Source of the DNA: Camelus ferus
Taxonomy: Eukaryota
Reading direction: 5' to 3'
NCBI RefSeq assembly: GCF_009834535.1
Contig: NC_045696.1
Location: 55,430,001-55,494,000 of the forward strand
DNA: 64,000 nt
In this document: positions 37,781 through 49,500 of the stretch, one piece after another
Position numbering within the stretch: position 1 is the first letter of the stretch
Layout: each line of letters begins with the position of its first letter
The notes under the pieces: model-generated
Told to the model about the DNA's origin: nothing
The model's database searches: none
The model's input: the letters and a program-made list of their open reading frames with translations, nothing else
Program-made: the position numbers and the translations under genes

Positions 37781-38132
37781 AAAAAGAAAGACTGCAGATA
37801 GTCTCGGTCTTGCATGAGACCTGGAAAGATAGAGAGAAGAATAATTAAACAGCAAGAAGGTAGGACCACACTCCAGACAGAGAAAACAGCAATGAATTCC
37901 TCAGAGAAACATGTCAAGAATTACTCCTGATGGAATAATAAGTGAGAAATAACATCCCAGGATAATGCAACCCTGCCAAAGAAGAGGCTACCAAAGCCAT
38001 TCCTAGCTGATATCCTTGCTGAATTCACAGGAGAGCAATTAGTGAGTGGTCCCTCAAAGAGAACAGACAAATAATAAGTGTCTTAAATTTTCTGGAGAGT
38101 ATGGACTTGGAAGTCTAGTTTAGATAGAAGAG

Positions 38133-38136
<4 letters not shown>

Positions 38137-38167
<31 letters not shown>
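38137..38167 (+). repeat. (TG)n microsatellite
   Basis: Uninterrupted TG repeat, about 15 units. Confidence 0.95.
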
Positions 38168-38169
<2 letters not shown>

Positions 38170-40579
38170 CACGCACACATATGCATATGCAAGTAGATAT
38201 TTTAATTGCTGCTGCTGTTGTTTTTATTAAGAAATAAAAAATGTGTGGAACAAAAAGGCTATATCCAGGTAATATAGCTCAGTCCTGAGTCAAGGCTTAA
38301 AGGATCAGTGAAGTTAAACTAATATCTAGTACTTTGAAACCGTTCCTATTTTCTGGTACAGTAATACCATTTTAAGCAACCTATTCCAAGGAAACAATCA
38401 AAGATGCAAAGATTTACAAAGAATTGTTTACATTACAGGATTACTTAAAATGATGTAATTTTTAAAACAAATTCAATGTCCAACAAGAGAGAAATGGTTC
38501 ATCAACAAACTATCATACAATTATTTTTTAATGCTTTTGAAAAACATTTAGGAAAAGGAAAAATAATCAAGTTCTAATATTAGGTGATAAAAAGCATATG
38601 ATAGATGCTATAAAAAAGTACTGTATCAAATATATACATATAAATGTATACCAGAAGACTGTAAAACAATGCATATACTTTCAATAAAGAAATTATTAGT
38701 TTTGATGGCAGATTAATTTCTTATTTTTAATAGCACTTATTTCTCCTAGCACTAAAGTATATTATTTATTTCAGACAATTTAGGAGGAAAAAACAAAAAG
38801 AAAGGAGAAAGAAAAATCACCCATCATGTCACTTCTCAGAAATGAAATCTGTTGGTTTATCTATTTCTGACCTTATTCCCAGGCATTTATTATGTTACTT
38901 CTATTATCACATAATAGGGTTACACATCTACTTTTAACAAAGGTAAGTTTTTGTGATCAAATATTACAGATTTATGTTTGAAACATTCAGTCGAGCAAAG
39001 AAAATGCAACCTCTTTCATTTCCACATGATTTAATCATCTGTAGGAGCCCCATCCTAGTGGAAGTGGGAAAACAGATTTGTAATCAGCAATATTCCATCT
39101 CTTCCAGTTTAAACAACCCTCCAGCTTAAACATTTATCAATTCGAAATCTGACTTGACAAAATTGCTGGTTTAAGTGGTCCCCTTGGAAGGACTCAGCAT
39201 CTTTGGGACAGACTCTTGGAGCTCCACGTCCCCCCTTTCCCTTATCCAGGAAGGTCAAAGGAGACGGTACACAAGGGGGCTCACAAGACCCTCCTGGCGT
39301 GGGGGAGAAGAGGGCCTCAATCTGGGTGTTGCTGTCAGGTACAGGGTGGCTCTCTTCCTTGGGCTAGGTTCCTGCCGAGATGTGGCTGGTCTTGGGCTTT
39401 TCTGGAAAGAGTTGCTGGCGCTCACCATGGGACCTGTGCTCCCAACAGCTGGCTCTGGTCACGAAGCCCCGCACTGAGCCTCCCGACCCCAACACCAGGT
39501 GGTGCAGGTGCGCAGGCCCTTTCACACCCCCACACCATATTCATTCTTTAAAACTCACAGCACAGTACACTGGGAAAGGGGTCGATTTTACTGTATATAA
39601 ATGATACCTCTAAAAGACCAAAGCTATTTTTTAAAGTGGTAAAGGGGAATTTGCCAAAAATGTTCATGTTTGCAAAAAGAAAGTCTCAAAAATAATGAAT
39701 TAATGAAAAAGTTTAAAAAAAAAGAATAACAAAGTGAACTCAAAAAAAAACCAAACAAACAAACACAGAAGCAAAGGGATTTTTTAAAATGATTCTAAGG
39801 CTTCTGGTTTGAGGTGACTGTGTGGACAGCCAGCTCCCACAGAGCAGTAGGGGCATGGGAGTGAGCTGGACGACACTGGGGTGCAGTTTACAGCCAACTG
39901 AGAAGTAACAATAGAGCTGACAGAAGTCAGTTTGCTTCTTACTGTCACCATGAATCAGTAATTCTAAACAACATCATTAATAAATTACTCCCTCAGAAAA
40001 TGTGTTGGTCTAAGTACTAAACAATTGTCATGGGTACTGTTAAGTTTTAGTAATAAAATGTATATGTAAACTTTTCATTAGCACATTTCTACTACTTATC
40101 CTTTAATAAACATTATATTCCACAGGGAAGTTATTTCCCAGAAATCCCTAATTCTATGGGATTTACATGTATGTAATTACATGGCCCAGCCTGCAATACG
40201 TGTTTATTTGAAAGAGTTGGAGCTCGCTTCAGCTGCAGTTTCTGTCTCCAACTACAGAGTCCAGTGTTTGAAGAGTAGATTCTAAATAAACAGTGATTAT
40301 CACAGTGATTGTAAAGGAAGAAACACAACTTGAGTTATTTCAGTTCTGTCCTACCTGTGAGCCACTCTGAACCTTGCAGAACTCACTCTTTATAAGTGTT
40401 TCTTCACATATTTTCCCTCTTTTTTCAATTATTATATCAATATAATTCTATTACTATAATTTGTAAGTTTTCATTTTGTATTGTAATACTTATTTTGTGG
40501 CTGGCATGATCATATGTATACAAGGAGGAAAAATCATTTCATGATTACTACTGAAAATAAGTTTGACATAAAGAAAAGG

Positions 40580-41000
40580 AGGGTGTTTAAAAATAATCTA
40601 CTCTGGTTATTGAGTACTCTGGGTAGGCCACTGGTAGGACCATTTACTAAAATAGGAAATAGAGGCGGAAGAAGTGCTCGGGGGAGAATGATTTGGGGTT
40701 CAGCTTTACACACAGAGTTTGAACGTTCTACGGGACCAGCAGATGAAAATGCCCAGAAGGAAGTACACGTAAAGAGCAAGATCTCAGGGTCACAGACAAA
40801 CAAATGGGCCACGCAGTCACAACGCTGAACAGAAGATCATTCAAGAAAACACAAAAATAAAGGCCAGAACTTCGTGGCACATCACCTTTCAGGGGTAAGA
40901 AAAGGAAGGGGAACTGGAGAAAGAGAAGAGGGATGAACGACTGGAGGGGCAAGTTCCTGGAGAAGGGAGAAATAGGGGGAAATAGGGTACACAATAAGCC
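40580..41000 (-). mobile_element. L2 LINE fragment
   Basis: Purine-rich antisense L2 motifs ggaccatttactaaaataggaaatagagg, agagtttgaacgttct and ggccagaacttcgtggcacatcacctttc. Confidence 0.55.
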
Positions 41001-41224
41001 ACGAAATCAGTTTGTATGTCGGAGTCAACTTATCATGAAACCTGCAAGTCGGCCACACTGACCAGGGGAACCAGCAGGTCTTTGGCGGTCTTTACAAAAG
41101 CAGTCCCCCAAAAGGCAGTAGATCTGGTCACTTTGCTAAAACATAAAAATGCAGAATGAGAAGCCCACATTCCCAACCCTAGGTTAGCCTGAGTGGGACT
41201 CTCTGGGCTCCGGTGACCTACAGA

Positions 41225-41410
41225 ATAAGGTCCCTAAACCATGTGCACTAGGATTATCTGAGGCACTTGTTTAAAACTGCTCATTCAAGGACCCTACTTC
41301 AGACATCTGAATCAGAATCTTAGGAGATAACTAACACTCAAGACTCAGTATCTTTAATAAGCTCCCCAGGCAATCCTACGCATGCTAAAATTTGAGGATC
41401 GCTGGACTAT
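41225..41410. mobile_element. MER5-like hAT-Charlie DNA transposon
   Basis: cacttgtttaaaactgc, tctgaatcagaatct, tttaataagctccccaggcaatcc and aaaatttgaggatcgctggact. Confidence 0.75.
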
Positions 41411-44400
41411 GTGCCCTTCATGGTCCATTCCACCTCTGATATTCTGTAGTTCAATAGTTTGTCTCTCTGAAAACAGGATGCTAAAACAATGATTGCTAGC
41501 ATCCACCCGGAAGTCAAATCTACACGATAAACAGACAACAATCAGAAGTACTCAGGGCACAAATAACACTTCTGTTCTTCATTTACATCGGCTCATTTCA
41601 ATTATGCGGTACCATCATGCTAATGAGGGCTGAGGAAGCACTATAGCCGTGGGGGAGAATTACATTCATGGGTAGATGGGAGACCACAGAGATGGGGGCT
41701 GTGGGCGGGATGCACTAGGTGAAACAAGAACGAAAAGAGAAAGTTCTGCTTGGTGGCACCGAGGTACTATAAAGAAGTCATTCAACCTAAAAGTACTAAA
41801 GATTCCTATTATTAGATACTTTCAGAAGATACTCAGTGTTATTACCTTTCTTTCGGTTGGGGGGAAAAAACCGTATTTCTACCTATTTATATATATAAAT
41901 AGAGAGTTGATGTTTTTATCTGTCTATAGAAACAGAGAATCAATGTTTTTTCCCTTAGGGAGGCAGTAATTTTAATTAATATTCCCTAATTGGTATGGAT
42001 TCCGATTGCCTAATGACAGTCTTGTGATGAGCCTCACTGCCAAGCTTCCTGGGTCAGGAGCACAGTGAGCTCTGCCATGCACAGAAACCTTTTGTTTTCA
42101 GTGGTCTCCAACTAGGCAACATTTTTTAGGTCTCAGACGACTGGAGCCAGAAAGATCCTTGGGAGCCCGTCTAGTTCAGCCTTCTACACATTGTTTTTTA
42201 TAATCACTCCAGCACCTCCCCCCACACACACAAAGCCTAAAGGATGCGCTTGTTTCCCTTGAGTTCTTCCAGGTATTCCCTCTGGACTCATCTGAAGCAT
42301 TCTGCACACGGTGTCACCCTGGGAGAGACGGTCTTGGGTACCATTACATTCTGAATTTGCATATTTGCTTTGCAGATTTGTAAGTAAAATAGCAAGTGGA
42401 AAAGAAGCCAAAAAGTATGGATGGGTAGTATCTATGATTGTGTATTAACCACAGCACTTCATAAACAGCTGACACGCATGTAGATAATGAGTGCAAATCA
42501 GAGGATGGGTTGAAAAATGGGCAGAACTAAAGAGGAAATGTAGGGGGTCAGGGTAGAGGACTTCCTACCAGTATGTCATAGGCTAAGAAAAGGATCTAAA
42601 AACATTCGCTACTTAAGTACACATATTACGACAAATAACACAAGTTACTCACAGGAAGAAAAGCAAAGCAAATGGAGGAGGTACAAACAGAAAGAAAAAA
42701 AGACACTTTATATTTTTAACTATGAGATTTGTTTTTTAAGACGTGGAGCATATGGCTCTTTCATAGGTAATCCAACCTATTTTAACTCCAAATAAGATCA
42801 CTTCTAAACCATCTCACACAAATGAAAAACACATTTATAAGGGCTTGTGGAAGAGAAGATTACACAAGCTCATCCCTGCGTCTGAAATTCTTGCAGGCAA
42901 TGTCTGCACACAGTCTACCAGATCTATCACCCTAGAGTTTGAAGCCTGTACCTGTTCTGCCCCCAAATCTCATAGCTCATGGCTAGCATCACAGCAGTTT
43001 ATTTACATGGTTCAGAATGGCAGTAAACTGTCCTTGAATTTTTTTTCTGACCAATAAACCTATTTGTAATCTTTTTTTTTTTTTGCAATTTCCATGTACA
43101 CTATGCATATGGCCCCCACTCTTTTTTTCAGAGAGGTCATCTGCCTGACCAAGAGTTGACAACAATTCAAGGACTAGGCCACAACCGGATATTAGATTCA
43201 GATCTTCTATCTTTTTTCTGGTCACAGAATTCAATCACAAACAGCAGACAAGATGATTAAGATGAGACTCATGAACCAATTCCCTTCCCAGAAAAGCACA
43301 CATATAAATATATTTTGACATACAATTTTAGAGAACATAGGTACCCTGGGGTCAGGAGCCTCCAACTTCGATGACTCCATATGTCTTGAGGGGCTGCACT
43401 CAAGTTCTAACAGGTGTCACATGAGACACCCAAAGAGCTCTAGTGAGGATTCACCCCTTAGCTACACTGTGTGAGCTGAAAAGGAGTAGAAGCCAATAAA
43501 GGAGGAGAGGTAAGAGAAAAGAAAAATTATTTGTTAAGCATCTAATATGTGTATAAATTACTAAATAAAAGAGCTCTTCCATCTTCTAATTCCCACTCCG
43601 TTGCTTCTTGTTTTGGCTCAATACCAGATGTGGTTTAAAAAAAAAAAGTTTCCTGTAGAAGTGACTATAATCCTTAAGGAAAAACAGTTCACATTATTAG
43701 AGACCATAAATAAATACGGTAATGCTATTTTCTAAATGTAACAAGTCTATGTGGGCTGCACTGAAAATCCAAATGTTTACTAAACAATTTTTAAGACAGA
43801 AAGGATATACCTAAAACTTTGCAGATGTGACCTCTAAGTGCTAAAAGCACTATAGATGATTTTAACTTTCTTCTTTATAATCCTCTGTATCTACTAAAAT
43901 TCCTACAAAAATGTACACAATGTTAAGAATTACAGAAGCATCTATTAAAACACGTTTACTGCACAGCAATATTAACTGTCATTCCAGAGAATGAAAGAAA
44001 GATGAGGAAAGGCCAACCTGTTTTATCCTCAGCAGCAGAGTGGATGAGTTCTGGGGGCAAAACAGTTCATGGTGTTCAGAAAACACCAGACAAGAAGATT
44101 AAGAAAGGGTAAGAAAAGGCCACAGAAAGGAGGATAAAATACAAAAGGAAGAACTGAAGGGAGAGAACCATGGTGGTAGCAGATCAAACCCATGTGATAT
44201 AAATGTAATCAAAATCCATTTCAGTGCACAAAAATATTATCTCATTTTTTATACAAAATGCACAATGAGTCATACAAAACCAGTATCAGGTTCATCCCCA
44301 CCTGGTAAACTGTACACTGTCACACACTTGCCAGCCACCTTGTTCTAAGCACATCACAGTTTTCATCAAACCATGTCTCTGTGCTGACTCTGACTGCTGG

Positions 44401-44799
44401 CTTCCCAGCAGCATTCCCCGTGATCATGCAGGCTCTCTCTCTCCCACTCATCCTCATTCTGGTGGACTCACCGCCCACTGCATCAACCTGGGGAGCAGCC
44501 AAACCAGGATGATTCGTCCACTCCCCAGCGGTCCAGCAGGGTGGCGATACCGTGAGCGTCCTGTCTGCTGCAGAACCTGTGGCTGACCACCGGTCTGGCC
44601 ACTCAATCAAAGCATGATGCAGAAATGGCACTGCTAAAGCTTTTCAAACAACAAATGGAACAACTGCAAGAGTCAGTTCTCACAACTACTGAGCTGGAAG
44701 CTGCTGAGAGGCAGAGGCGGGGATGTCTGGCCTAGCAGACCTAACCTCACACAGGTGTGCTCACGATTATTTCATTACATTCATTTGAAGGTTAGGGAC

Positions 44800-45000
44800 C
44801 AGGCACCCTTGTGTTGGGCACTTTCACACATATTGTAATCCTCACAGCAGACCCTAAAGAAGTAGAGATTGTTATCTCCATTTCACAGATGAGGAAAAAA
44901 CTCAGAAAGGCTACGTATTTGGTCCAAAACCACTTGGCCCATTTGTGGCAGAGCAGGGGTGTTAAAATGCCCGACTCCACGCTGCTCTTCCTGATGCCAC
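44800..45000. mobile_element. MIR SINE
   Basis: aatcctcacagcagaccctaaagaagtag...tctccatttcacagatgaggaaaaaactcaga. Confidence 0.75.
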
Positions 45001-46472
45001 AGCTCCTTTATGAGCCTGACTGAGTTGTCTGCTTTACCTTAATTACAACAATTGCAAGCTAAAAATCAGAAGAGGTATCGCCAATTTACCAAAAGACATG
45101 CATCCTTTCTGATTTCTTTATCAAGCACTGGACAGTGTGCTCACTAGGGAGTGAGCAGAACTAAAAAGGCAACTTCCACCTTCACAGCACGAATCTCCAA
45201 TGACACATGTAAGGATTCCAGTCTTAGATTAGTACTTTGTGGCACTGAGACAGTACAGCAAAGACTACCTATTTACCCAAAAATAAAGCAGCCAGATTAC
45301 ATTAGTAAGGGCCAGATTTAGATTTAAATTCAAGATAGTCAAGTGGAAAACTATTTGCCGCTTCCTAGTCTTTACACCCAGTCTATCCTTTCCTAAACGG
45401 AATGTCCCGCAGCTTAACCACGCTGGCCTAGAGCTCCTTCCTCTCCCTTTGCCTCATCTCCACTCCCAGGACGTCTCTGGAATGCACAGGGCCCTGCCCG
45501 CACGGGACGTGCTAACACAGCACCACGTCTACAAGACACAACTGCTCCCGCTGCCTCCTGTAACTCGACCTAATAGATAAGCTGTGGAAGGGAAACGAAA
45601 GGGGTAAAAAAAGACATGTTCCGAAGTCTCACAGAGTCCTGAAGGAGGGCTCTAACTCAGCCATGTTGTTATAGTCTCAGTGGGGGAACCCACGTCCTAA
45701 AGGTTACTACACATACAGGGCGCCAAGTAAACTGAGTTTCAAGAACTAATGCCAAAAATACTAAACTCAAAGACACATATACATTACGTATGAAATCTGT
45801 CCAGTAACTGTCCAGGTATTACACTCATTATCCTGAAGTAAAAGATTAAAAAGTTTATAAAGGCCACTGATCACAGTATGATCTGGGTTAAATCTCTCCG
45901 CCAGGCTTTCTTCATATTCTCTATTAAGACTTAGACATGACTGCTTAAGAATCTACTGTTTGGGCAAACTGATTCTTCAAAACAAACTAGTTCACTTTCC
46001 ACAAGCATTTCTAAATGAAGTTGCCTCCCTCACCTGCCACCCTGCCCCTCCGCTGCTGTGCCACGCGTCCAGCCCTCAGGTCTCTGACACACCAGGCCCT
46101 CCAACTTCAAGGAACAGCCTCGTCTTCAGCTCTTTCACTCTCTAGTTCCTATTTGCTTTTCAGGTTTCAGCTTAGACATCACTTCCTTAAAGAACCCTTC
46201 TCAGAGAGGCTCCCTTTCTGTGCATTCTTTCTCATAGTACCGGGTGCTTTTCTTATCAGCCTTTATTGAAACACGTGAAATAAATAAGTGCACGAGCAAG
46301 CAAGTGAATAAATATAGGTGTACTGTTTTCCCTTTGCAAAGGACTTTCTATTTATTTTATTTTATTTCATTTTTTTTATTATTCATTGGCAAGCAGTATC
46401 ACTGAATGAAGCAAGGATTCCTCCCAGATTTAAAGCATATTCTTCCTTACTCTCACAATAAGTGCACACTTT

Positions 46473-46562
46473 TTTTCGTTTTGATGAGGTGCTGGGGAAT
46501 GAACCGAGGACCCAGTGCATGCTAAGCACGTGCTCTACCACTGAGCTACATCCCCACCCCTA
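46473..46562 (-). mobile_element. tRNA-Ala-derived camelid-type SINE (Vic-1-like), short form
   Basis: Minus strand ggggtggggatgtagctcagtggtagagcacgtgcttagcatgcactgggtcctcggttcattccccagcacctc plus A tail. Candidate TSD cacacttt (46465-46472 and 46567-46574). Confidence 0.85.
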
Positions 46563-49500
46563 GGGACACACTTTCTAGTAAACTTAATGCGACAGGCCAT
46601 TGCCAGGGTCATGACCAGCAGGAAAACGTGCACGTGTGTGCGCGCGCACATAAACATCATTTTTTGAGAGATTCTAAATAAAAAGCACCTCAGATAAGGT
46701 TGCATTACAAGCAGAGTATTACAAATCAAATTATTTGTAAGAGGTCATTTGAGGATTTAAAAAATATTAGATGCACTACATAATTTTACACGTGAAAAAG
46801 AATATATGCCTTAGAGGTCATCCCTAAAGAGGGGCACGTGCCTTACTTCTGCAAAGTGGGCTCTGTGTTCTCCTGTGGAACCAGGGAAAACTGATGCGTT
46901 GCTGTGGCAGGAGGGGGACAGGATAACGTCCCTGTGTGCCTGAGCGTCTCAGGTTTCAGCTCCTTCCTTCCCTCCCCAGGTCTCCTGCCTGCCCTGGGCC
47001 TCCAGGGAATCATTACAGCCAGAGAAGCAACGTGGGAAAAGAAGATTCAGCCTCTCCAAAACCTAATGCAGGAGGAGCCTTCTACAAAGAGGCTCCAGAT
47101 ATTGAATATAAAAGAAAGTACAGAAAAGAGGAGGAAACCAGCCGAGTTTCTGTCAAGCAAACAAGTGAAACGTAGAACAGAAATCTGTGATAAAATTATT
47201 CTTTTGAGGTTGTAAGTGTCAATAAAGGATTCTGATTGATGTCAGATAATTTTTCATAAATAAAAAAAAAGTTAAACAAGACAGAGCATTAGCTTTCTCT
47301 ATTCCTTCAATAACTGTGAGCAAGTGTTAACTAAAGACGTTAAATCGTGGTGCCCATATTCCAAGGGGCTTTTTACCGAAGTGTAACACTGCATTAGAAA
47401 ACTCAGAGTGCTTATTTAGCTACCCATTTTTAAGTGACACTTGAAAAATGAACACCATCAAGCTTTCTAAAAATAGAGCAAATCAGCTTTGTTCTGCTTG
47501 TCAGAGACATGCACAGCGCATCCACCCACTGCTTGCTTCTTTTATTTAACTGCTGGAGTGGTGGAGATATAGAAATGCACAAAGAATAAACTAGATGAAG
47601 ATACAATTCATCTCACATACACAACGTAAATAGCAACAGATCCTATCCTAGTAATTAATGAGTAATTTTCCATTCTCTACTCTATGCCCATATTCAAGAG
47701 AATGCAAGAAAAATATGGGGGTGTATGACCCATATTCCCAAGAAGCTTATCATCTAGTTGGAGAAATTAAAACTAACGGCCATAGAACAAAAAGCAAGGC
47801 ACAAATAGCACTATGTAACTAAGTGCTAAATGTTATTCTACTTTTTTTAAACCAAGACCATTGTGAATTGGAAAAAATTTTTAAAACACCTTTTTAAAAG
47901 GCAGTGCCATCAGCTGAACCTTGAAAATGGACAGGATCTAGACTGACATAAGAGAGGAGGAGCACAGTCCACTTCTGAATGTAAAGAGGAGAAATACAAG
48001 CCAATGAAGAGCAGCTGGGTGGGAAGCTGAGAGGCCCTGGCAGACACCAGGCTGATGAGGAGATTGGCCTAAGAAAGAGGCCGAGTCCAGAGAACAGTGG
48101 GAAACAATGGGGTAGAACCACGAAGAATCTGGAAATCCGGGCCATGTATTGCAAACATCCATGGTAGACTCCTTCAGGGAAAGCAGCAAGATTAGAGAGG
48201 CAGCACTGGCAAGGAGCTAGAGCAACAGGTACACAAAGCGCAGAGCACCACCTCGGGCGTGCCAGAAATCGGAGTTTATTTCTGTATAACTGATCTTAAT
48301 TTCTGTTTGGGGACTACCATTCCACTGAATTGGTAAAAACTAAATTTCAGTCAATTCAGGGTAATCTCAATAATTTCAGGTTTTCTCTTTATCAAGGGTC
48401 GCATCTAAATTCCAGAGGATCACAGAAGGCTAGACTAGGGGATTTGGGGACAGGCTGGGTGAAGATCATTTGCCTTTATCCCTGCAAACACCTGAAGCTC
48501 TTCCACCAACAGGTCCACCCAGACCATCCCCTCCCTCTCCTCCCCCCTCCCACAAGCCTTCCGCATGCCTGGCTCTCCTGGCTACACTCAGGCCCCTGCG
48601 CACACAGGCATCTCCCAGCTCCCGCCTAAGTTACCTCAGGTCCATCTACCTTGCTGGGAACGAGATTTCTGTGCCACATTCCAAGCCCTACTTTCCTGAG
48701 GATGGGAAGAACTGATTTGGAATCTTCCAGATCAATTCCCTTTATGCCTAGAACTTGACTTCTAAAATTGAAAAGTCAAAAACTTGGCTCTTCTGTGGTA
48801 TGGGATAGGCTGTGTTTATCTTTTTTCCTTAAAGAGTAAGTCCAACTGTCAAATGAAAAAAGGTTAAGTATAAAAAGAAACAACAGGGAGGGGAGGGGCA
48901 CTGGTTAACAGTTCAAACACTGTCATACCAAACTAAGCAGGAGGTAAAGAGGACCTGAATCAGGGGATCTTTGGAAATGGAGAGTAAATAGGCAAGTTCA
49001 GAGAATTAAGAAGAAAAACTGATGGGACTGTTTGGCAGAATTAGAGGATACTGAATAAGAGAGAAAATAAAATCAACCCATGGTTTTCAAGCCTTTGAGA
49101 TTAGGAAAATAACGGCATTATCAAAACAGAAGCCAGTTTAGAGTGAAATCTGGTTTTGAACTACATTCACATAGGTTTTTCTGGTTCAAGGTGATGATTT
49201 AAAAAGCCAGAAAAAAAAGAATTCGAGACTTATTCTAGCAATCAGTACTACTGAGTTGTCTCTCAGTAATACAGTCATTTCTATGGTTTTCAAATACTAT
49301 CAGATTTCAAATAGCTACCCGGTTTTATGAAAGATTCAGCACAACTGATCTTCTTTAAAAGTTTTGAAAATCTTCAAACACTAAAATCTGCCTTTCCATT
49401 CACATTTCTCTATTAAATGATCTCTTCTTTTGTAGGAAGAGGTTATTTACTCTTTGGGGGAAAAGTATTTAGCTGGAAAAGAAATTGAGAATGATGCTGT

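Noticed and set aside
46485..46560. tRNA-Ala gene (also at about 30530-30605)
   Set aside because: These are tRNA-like heads with mismatches, A-rich tails and TSDs, so they are SINE copies.
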